DNA of 58,437 nucleotides, the filler included, from Globobulimina sp. (Eukaryota), in the NCBI GenBank assembly GCA_003354225.1. It is 9 parts of 9 records of this genome, joined end to end, with 100 filler letters (N's around TTAATTAATTAA, not from the genome) between each part and the next. Parts side by side here need not be neighbours in the genome. Positions count along the whole stretch, not along the records: positions 6,540 to 12,972 come from PIVH01000293.1; positions 13,073 to 19,504 come from PIVH01000294.1; positions 19,605 to 26,016 come from PIVH01000295.1; 6 more parts are not named here. One strand, given 5' to 3'. The notes beneath the pieces were generated by a model. That model was not told the origin of the DNA. It saw only the letters and a list, made by a program, of their open reading frames with translations, and ran no database searches. Below are positions 10,287-20,544 of this stretch, piece by piece. The position numbers and the translations under genes were made by a program. Every line of letters begins with the position of its first letter. Within the stretch, counting starts at the first letter, position 1.

Positions 10287-10870
10287 AATTTAATTTATCT
10301 TCTTTTTTCTTTGTTGTTTGTTTGTTTGCTGAAAATTAAGCAATTTATATCAAATAATAAAATTGATATCAATGTTTTGCAAATTTGATTGCATTGTGCA
10401 TTGTGCAAACCCTTTCGAAAAGCGTAATGACAGAAACAAAAAAAAAACAATACAGTTTGCCAAAGAATCAAAAATTATCCCCAAAGTTATATACTTTAAT
10501 ACGTTCCCGTACTTTGGTTTAGAGGGATTACTTTTAGCACATTTTACATCATATGTATTGTTATCACCATCTCCCTGTATTGTGTGCGAGGATAAATCTA
10601 AAAGATAATCTCTAAATCAAAGTACGGGGAAAGTATGTTATAATACTTTTGGTCCGGCAGTTTGTAAACTAACAGAGCTCAGATTTAAAAGACAAAGTCA
10701 GACACACATGACGATTATTTGCTTGTTGTTTGTTTTCTGAAAAACAATTTAATTATAAAATAATGAATAAAATTAATATCAATGTTCATATGAATGCACT
10801 TGCTTCCGTTCATCAGATATAAGTGCGGTGAACAGATTTAGTATTCATACAAATGATACAATACAATACC

Positions 10871-12028
10871 TCAATGAATCAAATGATCAAAATGGCCAAA
10901 TGATCCATATACAACAATAACACATCCACATAAAAAAAACAAGCTAAAAAATAGCAATGAAGCAAGTTCAATTTGATTACTTATTTCTCTCCATACAAAA
11001 ACACGAAAAAATAAAGCAACGATAACCTGACATTGTACAAATGATACTGCAATCGTATAATTCAAATATAAAAATGACAAAAAGCAACAAATATTGCCGA
11101 TACTCCATATAATCCCAGTAGTAACCGCTGGAATTATACATTTTAAGACCTTAACTCCATGATTATAAGACCAGATTTCGTCATCAAACTTGCACAATTG
11201 CCGTAACAGATAAATGTTATTTTTATAAATTTTGTTCTCATCAAATATTATCATTACAGCACATAAAGGCATAACAACAATACATCCAATACCAAATGAC
11301 AAAAAAAATTTTAACCCACGACTGTTCTCTGCTGCATATAACGAAGGAAACGGCAATAAATCCATACATATCCCAGCTACACTGGCAAATAATAAACCTA
11401 ACAACAGGTCGCATTCACATTTTATTTGCCGCTCAGGGATAGGGGTAAATAACGGAAACGATTCAGAAGAATCACTGTTCGCTGTTACGATTGCGCCTGA
11501 AAATACTGTTGTGAGTAAAGGCAATTCACCACTCGCAATTATTAGTTTTTCAGAAGGGAAAGAATTTGGATTAATTATACCAAACCATATAAATATATCC
11601 TTCAACATAAATATCATAAACACAGACAATGCTAAAAAAAATAAGCCCACAACCATAAAATACCAATATTTGACCGGCTGATTCAAAATAAATTGTGCGA
11701 TTGGAGCTGTAGTACACGCACTAAATACAGTGAAACCTGTTGCAAATCCAAGGCCAATTTTTTGTGTGGATAATAAATAAAATTCTATGAAACATAACAA
11801 TAGAAATGCTGCAATGATTCCTAAATATGTGAAATGGATAGTTTCGCCCAATGCTAACATTATAATATATTCAATGAAACAGGTGATTGCGGAACCAAAT
11901 AAATAATATACATTGTAAATTGTCATTTGCTTATTTGTTTTTACTCTGGAAAATGATGTCTGAACACCGAATACTATGGCTGCTGCAACGGATAATAAAG
12001 TACCAATGGCAAAGTCTGTTAAGGCCAT
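10871..12028 (-). CDS. DMT-superfamily transporter, TMEM144/sugar-permease-like
   Basis: About 10 hydrophobic helices in two halves; GIIWSIGN and VFVWREI motifs. Confidence 0.7.
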   Translation of the reverse strand: MALTDFAIGTLLSVAAAIVFGVQTSFSRVKTNKQMTIYNVYYLFGSAITCFIEYIIMLALGETIHFTYLGIIAAFLLLCFIEFYLLSTQKIGLGFATGFTVFSACTTAPIAQFILNQPVKYWYFMVVGLFFLALSVFMIFMLKDIFIWFGIINPNSFPSEKLIIASGELPLLTTVFSGAIVTANSDSSESFPLFTPIPERQIKCECDLLLGLLFASVAGICMDLLPFPSLYAAENSRGLKFFLSFGIGCIVVMPLCAVMIIFDENKIYKNNIYLLRQLCKFDDEIWSYNHGVKVLKCIIPAVTTGIIWSIGNICCFLSFLYLNYTIAVSFVQCQVIVALFFRVFVWREISNQIELASLLFFSLFFLCGCVIVVYGSFGHFDHLIH

Positions 12029-12311
12029 TATATATTTTCAAAATGTGTTAAATTCTAAGACTATGAAAACTACCCACCCCTTGCATGGATAACCAACATC
12101 CCAACAACACGTTCTATTGCAAACAAATGTTACAAACAATCCAAAAAGCAAACAAAAAAACATTATAATCAGCATCAAGCATTGTAGCTTTATTAACAAA
12201 TATAAGACCGCATTAGACTACTGCCAATTAAGTTCGGAGGCTTAACATGTTCGAAAACCTTTTTGTTTACTACTGATAGGCTTTAGCTGCAAGCGTTCCA
12301 AAAAGTGATTC

Positions 12312-12887
12312 TTGTCCCTTTGGAACATCTATCAAGATATACATATCCAAAAATTCATTACAAAATTAGCTCTTAATACCAAATGTTTTATTAAAAAACC
12401 AATTTATTTTCAAGCTGATTATTATGATAGACATAAAGGAGGAAGACACACCGTGGGTTGTTTAACGACGTGTGATGGATTTGGTATAGTTCGATATGTA
12501 TATGGTGCATCTGTTGGATCAACACATGATTTAACAATGTATGGCAAAAGTGATCTATATTTAAATCAACAAGATTATGTGAAACCATATCATTATATAT
12601 TTGCAGATGGTGCCTGGAGGTTCCATGCTCCTCCAATTTTAACACGCTTTCATGGACGGAGACATTATACCGTTTTTATGAAAGCATTTAATTATAAATT
12701 TAGTCAATGTAGATCATTAATAGAAAATACATATGGACGTAATAAAAAAACATTTCCCATAATACATCATGAATTTCCATTGGATAAAAAGAATTTCATT
12801 GTTATTTTCAGAGTGTTAATGATGTTTAAAAATATTTTAACATTCACCATATCTCCTTACAGAAAATTATGTGTTTTGTGGAACTAA
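12312..12887 (+). pseudogene. PIF/Harbinger (DDE_Tnp_4, HARBI1-like) transposase, 5'-truncated fragment
   Basis: GSTHD, IFADGAW and FNYKFSQCRSLIENTYG..K..F motifs; the first catalytic Asp (IDGT) is absent. Confidence 0.8.
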
Positions 12888-13072
12888 AGGGACAAAACAC
12901 AAGTTCTGTAGGAAAACTAACTAAGCAGTCCAGAAAAGCGTTTCTGGAAACACCACATAATACTACATAATTNNNNNNNNNNNNNNNNNNNNNNNNNNNN
13001 NNNNNNNNNNNNNNNNTTAATTAATTAANNNNNNNNNNNNNNNNNNNNNNNNNNNNNNNNNNNNNNNNNNNN

Positions 13073-13386
13073 CATTTGATAAGAATAGTTTGCTGCCGTG
13101 TTTATAATTTCAGATCCAATAACAATCAAGGGTTGAGACGATCGAAGAGATATACCAAAATGACAAGATGACCGTCAATTAATCCACAAACCAGTAGAAG
13201 ATACCGTAATCCATGAGGAAGAACTATTATTATCATATTGCTACTATGGGAACATTCATATTCAGACATCATTCACTGACGAGTGAGGAAAGAAGATTAT
13301 TGAATGATTATTCCTTTGACCCCCGAAGTCCGCGACACTCCCCAAAAACTTTCGAAATAGCTAATCGAATTCTTTTGAAGAAGTGA
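13073..13386 (+). CDS. 3' exons of an unidentified spliced gene (partial)
   Basis: TTTCAG acceptor near 13113, GT...TTCAG intron at about 13206-13265, then a short coding-like exon ending in TGA. Confidence 0.35.
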
Positions 13387-14438
13387 CAAAGGACTCAAAC
13401 AACATCATCCCTAGCGGGGAGGCATATGATATCAAGCTATCATATTACGACAAACACTTGGATTATGTGCAAACGACCGTCAAAACATTGGTTGCTAGGC
13501 AACCGCATTAACTGGTTGGGGTTAGGTCAACTTGAGTTGTTGCGTCGAGTCGTGATGCACGAGAGTTATGTTGCCTAAAAGTGCGTCAACTAGTACAAAT
13601 TTTTTAGTTAACTGAGCGCGATGAGACCTAAAAAAAAAAAGAGGTAGTTTCGAGAAAAACGCGTTTAAAGTTTGTCTACTTTTTAGCTGAAAAAATAGTG
13701 AAATAAAGGAAGAATAAAAGTGTTTTACGTGCGTATATGGTTTGTAATATTTCTGTAAACGTATGTGCAACATTTTCGACGTCAGTAAACTTTAATTATA
13801 CGCTATTTTAGTGCACACATGGTAAATTTAAGCATGTAACTTGGCACTTGACATGTAACTTGGCAATTTAACTGACCTGCTACAATAATAGACATTATTA
13901 TTTTTTTGTTTTGCGAAATAATATGGTCTTCTTCTTCCTTACCTATATTGTCATACGTGGATCAGCTGTGTTTGCAGCTGGTTATATATAAATTACTACA
14001 CACGTTTTAGCACAAGTATAAGGTTGTTGCAGTATATTTACTGCCCATACTGTAGTTCAATTCATTGTCATTCAAATGAGTAATACCATACATCCTATTA
14101 TTAAAATATTCAAATAGTATTAATTGAAAGTGCAAAAAATTGTTGTGGGATATTTTACTATTGCGAATGTTTGTTGAAGATATGGCTTACTTATTGAGAA
14201 ATATCCTCACTACTTACTGTTCGTTAAGCTGTAGCTGTTACTGTAACTGAAACCGTTATCTTCACTGTTTATGCAATTATAACTGGACTGTAACTCTAAC
14301 TGTAAGAGGAACTGTTACTGTAAATGCAACTGTTACATTTACGCTATATAAGGAAAGGATGGTTCATGTGCATGCATTCAGGTGTCTACAAAAAACGGTA
14401 CGGTATCCGAACGATCACTTTATTGAAGCATAAATGAA

Positions 14439-15685
14439 TCAGAATAACATATTTTCAGCGATAATTTGTGCTAAATTGACAGTGTGACTGTCCTCTTTTT
14501 CTTTTTTTATCTTTTCTTCCAATTCTTTAGCTTCTTGTCGCATTTGAAACGCTGCTGCCACGTTTTCCAGATATAACCTTCTGTTAGTCATTAATTTGGC
14601 GGCGACTCGTCTTCGATTCTTTCTCTGTTTAAGCAAAGCCCTTTTTTCTGCTTTCTCTTTCCAAATTCGTTTTCGCTCTGTGAACCACTGGTAATCCTTG
14701 TGGTGCTTGAACTGTCTAACATGAGCTACCCAACCGCACACATCGTGTTTTACTTTCCTTCGACTATCCAAACTCAATTTATCCACTTCCGGAGACGATT
14801 CGGTTACATAATTGTCATCATCCGAGGAGTAGTTTGGAGGACTGAAATGCATGCTGACGTCAGTGTGTACAATGTATGAGTATATTACATACCTGTTATG
14901 TATTGCACTACCTTCTGAATTGTCAAAATGTTGACCACTTCCCGATGTTGACGCCAGATGATTATGTGGTTTAGGATAAGTTCCAATCGGGTCAACGTAC
15001 ACTTCTCCGGCTGCTTTGCGTTTCTTTGGAGTGAAAAAGTCGAACTCCTTAACCTCTCTGCTAAAACAAACAGTAGATATCAGTGCTGGTAACCAATACA
15101 CGGATTTTATTACTCATATTTTTCGTCGAAGTATAGAAAGGGTATAGGTTCCGTGGTTACTACGACCTTCTTAACTGCTTCCACATGATCGGGATCGGGT
15201 CGCTCTTGAATTTTGCAGTATTCGTCATACATACCTAAACATATTAAGTAATGTATAGTTCGTGTTCAAAACTACGTGACAATGTAATATTACCATAGTA
15301 TGGGTGAGTTCTGGTTTCAATTTCAAGCCCTGGACCATGAGGACTGTCCGGCAATTCCATAGCGAGCTTTGACTCGGTCGACAATTGTTTTGCTAAAGGA
15401 AAATAACAATATATTGTAGATACATTGAAAGTGCATTATGAATGCTACTTGGATCGATCGGTGTTTCATATTTTATTCTAATTTGTTCCTTGATGTATTT
15501 GGGGGAGGTTGGGATAACATAGTAGGAAGGTGTTAATGTTTCCTGCTCATCCCCAAATTTTTCGTACATCTCTGCAAAAGGTGTTATTGTACTAAACAGT
15601 GACAGAACATGCACAATAACGTACCTTTTTTGGACTTTGAATCCAACTTAATATCACTATCATCAAGTTCCGTCGCCATCGCCAT
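14439..15685 (-). CDS. Orphan multi-exon gene D (charged, coiled-coil C-terminus)
   Basis: Fragmentary ORFs can be joined by successive ~50-60 nt GT-AG introns from an ATG at 15685; no recognisable domain. Confidence 0.6.
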
Positions 15686-15937
15686 TCGTAAGACTTACTT
15701 GGGCTACAATGACACAAATGTATTGGAACGAGTACTATAACGTTAGGTACACGGAACGGATTGCGTCAACTTGACCGATTGCGGTTATACCCATTATTGC
15801 AAACACAGTTTAGAAATGATTTACTTTGCGTTACTCGAACAGTACAAACAGAGTGGTGCACAGACGTAACAACATCTTACAACATCTGACAACCTTTTAG
15901 AACCTTTGTTGGCTCCTTGCATCATATTACCATAAAA

Positions 15938-15954
15938 AGTGTCAAGTTGACACT
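15938..15954. promoter_or_regulatory. Palindromic motif GTCAA(G/C)TTGAC, longest copy; recurs across this contig
   Basis: AGTGTCAA-G-TTGACACT. Perfect cores also at 15765 and 18297; near copies at 13526, 16687, 17021, 18081 and 19342. Confidence 0.55.
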
Positions 15955-16003
15955 GTAGCGATACATATAAAAGTAAACATGACATAATATGACTGCGCTT
16001 CAA

Positions 16004-16813
16004 TCAATCACTCTTCATTTTTCGTTTCAACCATTTCTTATCGCCGTTATGTTCCGATTCGGCCACAGCTTCCAATTTTTTCGTCAACATGCCACCTAAA
16101 ACGTTTGAAATAGCTTAGCAGTACAATATAATATTGAAATATTACCGTCCAACTTCGTTTCGGTTAATTTTCTTCTTTCAGAAACACGACGTGACGACAA
16201 TGACGTTTTCTTATGTTTGGCAGTCGGCTCCTTCGAAGGCGACACATCTTCGCCGCTGGCCCAATATCCCGGAGAGTAGTCGTTAACATACATGTTGCTT
16301 AAACAGTGGAAACTTTGCAATGGTTATCTTGCATGAACTGAAGCACTTACGATTTTTGCGCATATCCAATTTCCTTTTCTGGCGTTTCCGCAATTTTAAC
16401 CGGTTCCTGCTTCTTTGTTTGACTGGGTTTAACGGGACTGTTTTGTGGAGTCATTGGAATGTCCGACTTATAACCGCTATCGTTAACAGTTTCTCGATAT
16501 TTGGCCAACTGTTGTCGTGTAAGCTCTCTCATTTCTGCACAAATTTCCATTTCCTTCTCAGTGTCGCATGCAGAGGTGTCGACCATTTCCCAACTATCGG
16601 TGGAATTTTCCCGTTCGTTTTCCTCAATTGGATTGATCCACAAGCTGCAACAGTATGCCAAATGTGATACGGTGACAACAAATTGCGGCAACTTGACCGA
16701 ATTTGGTTAGTTTGCAAACAAAGTTATGCTTACTTATTAAAACCTTCGGAAAATTCTACCAACGTTGTATCATCATCAACATCCATTGCACAAGTTGTAT
16801 TATTAACAGACAT
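16004..16813 (-). CDS. Orphan multi-exon gene C, weakly similar to gene D
   Basis: In-frame joining of ORFs 16347-16691 and 16096-16320 via GTAAG...AG introns. YSPGYWASGED/TSLSSRR resemble FSPPNYSSDDD/LSLDSRR of gene D. Confidence 0.62.
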
Positions 16814-17098
16814 ATTAGTAGATAATACTTTTTAAACCTACCTGAAATCTAATAGCAGAACGGTGTACTACCCTTTTACAATTTTCGCCTTAGGTATTTA
16901 TGACAAGGATCACTTGACCTCCACAATAACAAATATTGATGAACACAATTATTTTCAAAATTTTACTACTCATACATAATTAGGAATAATTTCCGTGTCC
17001 TTCCTTAGATGGACATTTGCGTCAAGTTACTGCATTAAACTGGAAAGTGTCAACATGATTTCATTATTTAGCTAAATTCATGCCACAACTTTTCGCTT

Positions 17099-17923
17099 CT
17101 AACAAATTCGACATTTATGATGTACTTCTATTTCTGCTCTTATCACTTCGCCCTTGTTACCATCCACAAACAACTTCTGATTCTTGGCATCTACAAATTG
17201 TTCAATTACAATCGTTTACTCTTTAAAATACAATGATAGACTTACCGTAACCGATTTTTGTTCTGTTCGTAGTTGTTGGTTGCATACGAATAACTGATTG
17301 CTTTGCATTCTTAGAACGATCCAAAAACGCTTCGTTTCGCGGACCACCTCTGGAATTACTTATGTTAATAGTCACTTAGTCTTAATGCAAGTTCATCTAC
17401 ACACTTTTCACTATTTTTTGTTCTGAGAAGTTTTGCGTCAGAACGAACAGAATCGGTGTCCTCGCTGTATTGGTTTACATATGTATCTTTGGGTTGTTTG
17501 CCAGCCTTGACCGTTGGTGGACCATCACCAAATTCACTACTTTTTACCGTTGACGTCTTGCCCATGGGTGCGTGAATTTCAGCTTTGTGCGCCAAGAGAT
17601 TACTATTGGTATTAGAAATCTGGTTAACGACTGATGTTAAACCGTCCACAAAATTACTAAAAAAGTATGTATCTCATAATTGAACAGTGTTCTATATCTA
17701 CTCATTACCTCGCCCCCATCGTATACCCGACAAAGGTGGCTTGTTGCATTCGATCCATTCGCACACGAGGAATCGATATGTCCGGGGCCATTGTAGATAC
17801 GGGAACTAACAAATCGTTAGGGGACGTAACCCTGTATGGTTCCTCTATGCGAGTTTCTTCGTTCGATTGACCCACTTCTGTGGGGTCGGCAACAATGGTA
17901 TCACTCATCCTTGATTGTCGCAT
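17099..17923 (-). CDS. Orphan multi-exon gene B (3' splicing ambiguous)
   Basis: ORF 17705-17923 joins ORF 17365-17649 in frame through a GTAATG...TTTTAG intron. Confidence 0.55.
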
Positions 17924-18373
17924 ACAGTAATTGAAACGAACTTATTGCTGAAACACTTCGCATATACTTTCAAACGTCAGTTATCATGTATATCAAAGGT
18001 ATGTTAACCTTTCTCGCAATAATTCAACTAAACAGAATGAGATCAAAATTTTACTACTACAGCTGTGAAAAGGTGCTTGCGTCAAGTTAGCACCTTTTTC
18101 ACACCGCAACAACTGACCCAACACACCGGACCACTTATCACATTATTTGTAGTATGATTACAAAATACAAAATGCATAATACAAAATTAGAAAACATATT
18201 CTTACCATTTAAGGTTGATACATTTACATTACTGACATTTGACACACAAAAAAAGTACATTACTATACATTTTACGCAGAATGTAAAAAAAATAAAGTCA
18301 AGTTGACCTTATTGGTTAACAAAGTTTTCAACTTAACTAATTTATGACAGTAAACAATGTTAAGTTTGAAACT

Positions 18374-19264
18374 TCACAACAATGTACAACAATGATGTGT
18401 TACTGTCACTTCTGCTTTCACATGCTCAGGTTCCACCAGTCTTGGTTGTCTAGCCCGACGTTTTCCTTTGCTTTCTGAAATTTGATTAAGTTTTTACAAT
18501 TCATTTTTACAAAAATTTAACACTCACTCGGCTGCAAGGGGATGTAACCGTTTTGTCCCAATTGTAACTGCACCGAGGGTGAAGGCATAACATATGTTCT
18601 TGAACTGGAATTTTCTACTTCGTTTTCAGAAATCGCCCAACCGTCATTTATTCCCTGAGTTCGAAGAAATTTGTCCATCACAATTCTGAAACGTTATTGC
18701 TTTACTTTTAAACAGCAATTCTTTACATTTCCTACCTTTTTCCGGCTACTTCATCTGCTTGTTCACTTGGTGTCGGTCGGACAAGAAAAATGGGCTCTTC
18801 ATACATCGCACTGAGTTTGGTGTAATCCTTAGTTTCATCCGGAGGGTAATCGTAGCTGTCATCTGCTGGTGGTGGAGACTCTGAGGGAAGAATTGCCAAA
18901 TTCTCCTGCTCTTGTCGTTCCTGTATCTGATTCATTGAAGTGGCATTTTCAAACGCTGCACTGTTGAACATAGCGGTAAATCCACTCGAAACCTTCCTGC
19001 AATAAACACTGCCATTTCATTCCTTTCATTACATAGTATGCGGACTTACTGGACGCTGTAACAATAAGCTGTGAACAAAGCCTGCTGCCATGGTTGCCAA
19101 TCGGCCAACGAAGCTTGCGGCGACAACCGAATTCGGGGACCTCTGGAAACAGGGACAACTCCTTGTGGCGTCAACATGTAGTATGGCTCAAGTTGAACGT
19201 TAACACCAGCATTGTCCTCTTCTCTTTTCTTCTCATTTTGAGCAACTATTTCCGTACACTTCAT
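18374..19264 (-). CDS. Orphan four-exon gene A ending in a CaaX motif (CCTLL*)
   Basis: Introns 19049-18997 (53 nt), 18735-18686 (50 nt) and 18527-18475 (53 nt) give one continuous frame. Confidence 0.7.
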
Positions 19265-19625
19265 GGTTTTATTTAAAACTTTGTTAGTATTGTTATTGCA
19301 GCCAACAAGTATACTACAAATTTTAATACAATAACTATTGTGTCAAGTTAACATTTCATATTACATGTTGTGATACATTTCGATATTAATTCCGAAAAAA
19401 CGGATATACGCATTTCATGAATTTTCAATTTTCAAATTTTATACTTATTTTCGTGAGGAGCGGAAAAGAATGGTTTACTACATTAATTTTACATTACATT
19501 AATTNNNNNNNNNNNNNNNNNNNNNNNNNNNNNNNNNNNNNNNNNNNNTTAATTAATTAANNNNNNNNNNNNNNNNNNNNNNNNNNNNNNNNNNNNNNNN
19601 NNNNACACAATTCAGACAAACTAGT

Positions 19626-19686
19626 TGATTTGAGAAATTCATGAGAGATTTGAGAAATTTGAATCTGGTATGAATTTCTCAAATCA
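19626..19686. repeat. 17-bp perfect inverted repeat with an internal direct copy
   Basis: TGATTTGAGAAATTCAT (19626-19642) and ATGAATTTCTCAAATCA (19670-19686); GATTTGAGAAATT repeated at 19647. Confidence 0.85.
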
Positions 19687-20113
19687 GGTACTGGCTCTGA
19701 GTTTATTGCTAGGATTATCAATGGTGATTGCTATGGTTTTAAGGTGAATATAGATTTTATAGTGATTCTTATTTTTTATTTTAATTTCGCTTTTAATCAA
19801 TTCTAATGTCCTCCATATGATGCCCAATGACTATATATATGATTTTGTTTTAGCTTTTTCTTTTAGTTTTTGTGGCAAAATCGCCTGTTGTTTTTGAGAT
19901 TGCTTTTAAACTAATATAGCATATGCTTATGTTGCATAGATGTTTCGTATGTAAACTGCTATCGTAGTTTAAAAATCCAATCTCTGCTAGAAGTGACTGT
20001 AAAAGTGACATGCTTTCGAATGTTTAACCTCCGAACTTAGTTAGTCACACTCAATTTGCTATTCCATTTTATGGCAATTTAACATTTTTGTTGCCTGTTG
20101 ATTGCTGCATTAA

Positions 20114-20307
20114 TAGTTTCATTTCGTTTCGTTTCATTTCAACGATTAGAAAAGTTTTTGGTTAGCTAGAGTGGTTTTGAACCTAACATTCGAAGTTGAC
20201 CTAGGTCATCGAATACTAGGTCAACTTCGAATACTAGGTTGCAAACCACTCTAGCTAACCCAAAAACTTTGCTAATCGTTAAAATGAAACGAAACGAAAC
20301 GAAACTA
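20114..20307. mobile_element. ~190-bp foldback/MITE-like long inverted repeat
   Basis: Arms of about 90 bp are near-perfect reverse complements, with (TTTCG)n/(CGAAA)n ends and TA at both borders. Confidence 0.75.
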
Positions 20308-20544
20308 AGTGTTATTCAGACAAATCTAAACTTTGCATATGTTAATTGATCGCAAAGTGAAATGAAAGCGGTCAATTTTTTTAACTTTTACGGATTTTGG
20401 ACAAATAAAAAATGGCACATCGTTTCGAAATCCGTAATATGTGATAGATTGTTTGGTTTGTTTTGCGAAGGAGCAACAGTATTAAAGTAAAAATATAGAA
20501 ATGCGAAAAAGTACAAACACAAAAAAAAATGAGAAAAGGCGCAA

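Noticed and set aside
14210-14345. ACTGT(T/A)-rich degenerate repeat
   Set aside because: Low-complexity sequence with no clear period or coding signal.
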